Below, in pieces: positions 23,376 through 24,035 of a stretch of 24,035 nt of DNA (its first letter is position 1; every line of letters starts with the position of its first letter). This DNA is from a virus. Lineage: Duplodnaviria; Caudoviricetes. The DNA lies in IMG/VR virus record IMGVR_UViG_3300028862_000107, positions 1 to 24,035 of that record. One strand, 5' to 3'. Under the pieces are notes generated by a model, which saw nothing but the letters and a program-made list of their open reading frames with translations, did not search any database and had not been told where the DNA came from. The translations under genes and the position numbers were made by a program.

Positions 23376-24035
23376 ATGAATAAAAACAATAATATTTTTG
23401 ACGTTGGCGGTAGAGTTTTAGAAACTAAATATAGCCGAATTACCAAAGTCGAATTACTTGAAATTTCTCTTTTAACTGGTCAAAATTTTATCGACGAAAA
23501 AATGAAGTCTGAAATACAGATTGAATTTGACATCGACGAAAAAAATTATCTCAATAATCCGATTATTTGTTTTGACCATAATTGGTCAATGCCACCAATC
23601 GGAAAGGTTTTGAAAATGAATAAAAAGAAAGGAATACTCGAGATTGATGTTCAATTTTCAAAAGATTACATCAACAGCGTCCAACAGAGCGACATTTTCA
23701 AAGAGGAAATAACTAAACTCGCAATCGCAAAGGCGATGGACAATTCAAAAGATTTCAAAAAATATTTTGGTGGCGACTCTTTGACGGCTTTTTATGGCGA
23801 GTGTTGTGTTCACTCAGACGGAGACGTTGATTTTGATGAGAATAGAGCGAGAGGTTTTTTACTTTCCAAAAAATTTGTTGAGGCATTTTACAACGAAACC
23901 CCATATTGGGATATAAATACAGGAATTAGCGACGAGAACGGACATAACTCAGAGGGGTTCGATACTACTATCTCAAATAAACAGCATTGTTTAATTGAGG
24001 CTGTACTTTCTGAAAATTTATTTGTTTATTTAAAA
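23376..24035 (+). CDS. 3'-truncated ORF (at least 220 aa, not in ORF track) whose N-terminal ~95 aa resemble a circularly permuted, Ser-to-Asp prohead protease domain
   Basis: Manual translation MNKNNNIFDVGGRVLETKYSRITKVELLEISLLTGQ...KNYLNNPIICFDHNWSMPPIGKVLKMNKKKGILEIDVQFSKD...; open to the window end; has its own promoter and CA-rich leader. Confidence 0.75.
   Translation, partial: MNKNNNIFDVGGRVLETKYSRITKVELLEISLLTGQNFIDEKMKSEIQIEFDIDEKNYLNNPIICFDHNWSMPPIGKVLKMNKKKGILEIDVQFSKDYINSVQQSDIFKEEITKLAIAKAMDNSKDFKKYFGGDSLTAFYGECCVHSDGDVDFDENRARGFLLSKKFVEAFYNETPYWDINTGISDENGHNSEGFDTTISNKQHCLIEAVLSENLFVYLK

Noticed and set aside
1-24035. Alternative genetic code (TGA or TAG recoding)
   Set aside because: All expected genes are full length in code 11, and TGA/TAG occur as credible stops, including ATGA couplings.
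1-24035. tRNA, rRNA, CRISPR array, integrase or transposase
   Set aside because: None recognised by eye; no repeat-spacer pattern or cloverleaf in the short intergenic regions.

Overview
The window is about 24 kb of an AT-rich tailed phage or prophage (Caudoviricetes, HK97-fold capsid, non-contractile siphovirus-type tail), read with standard code 11. Every real gene but one is on the + strand. Gene order: portal fused to a Mu gpF-like domain (5'-truncated), prohead protease, major capsid, head-tail joining genes, tail tube, tail chaperone with a -1 frameshift, tape measure, Dit, hub, tail fibres/adhesin, C39-like lysin with two membrane proteins, HNH and small Zn-finger genes, a replication initiator with an internal iteron origin, RecT plus YqaJ, an HTH regulator, and a 3'-truncated ORF. 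The strongest unusual signals are: (1) the last ORF (23376 onward, absent from the ORF track) looks like a circularly permuted copy of the prohead protease with the catalytic Ser replaced by Asp, placed in the early region; (2) a headless, inverted second tail-collar/fibre-tip cassette bounded by in-frame inverted repeats, with no invertase in the window; (3) a 44-codon leader ORF coupled to the rep gene, containing a long hairpin whose loop is complementary to the leader's own start codon; (4) almost no Shine-Dalgarno sites, with late genes preceded by TATAAT-N6-ATG and early genes by CA-rich leaders; (5) a palindromic operator-like sequence in the spacer of two early promoters; (6) apparent avoidance of several 4-bp palindromes. 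All family assignments come from motif recognition and synteny by eye, not database searches. A CPR/Patescibacteria-like host is only an inference.
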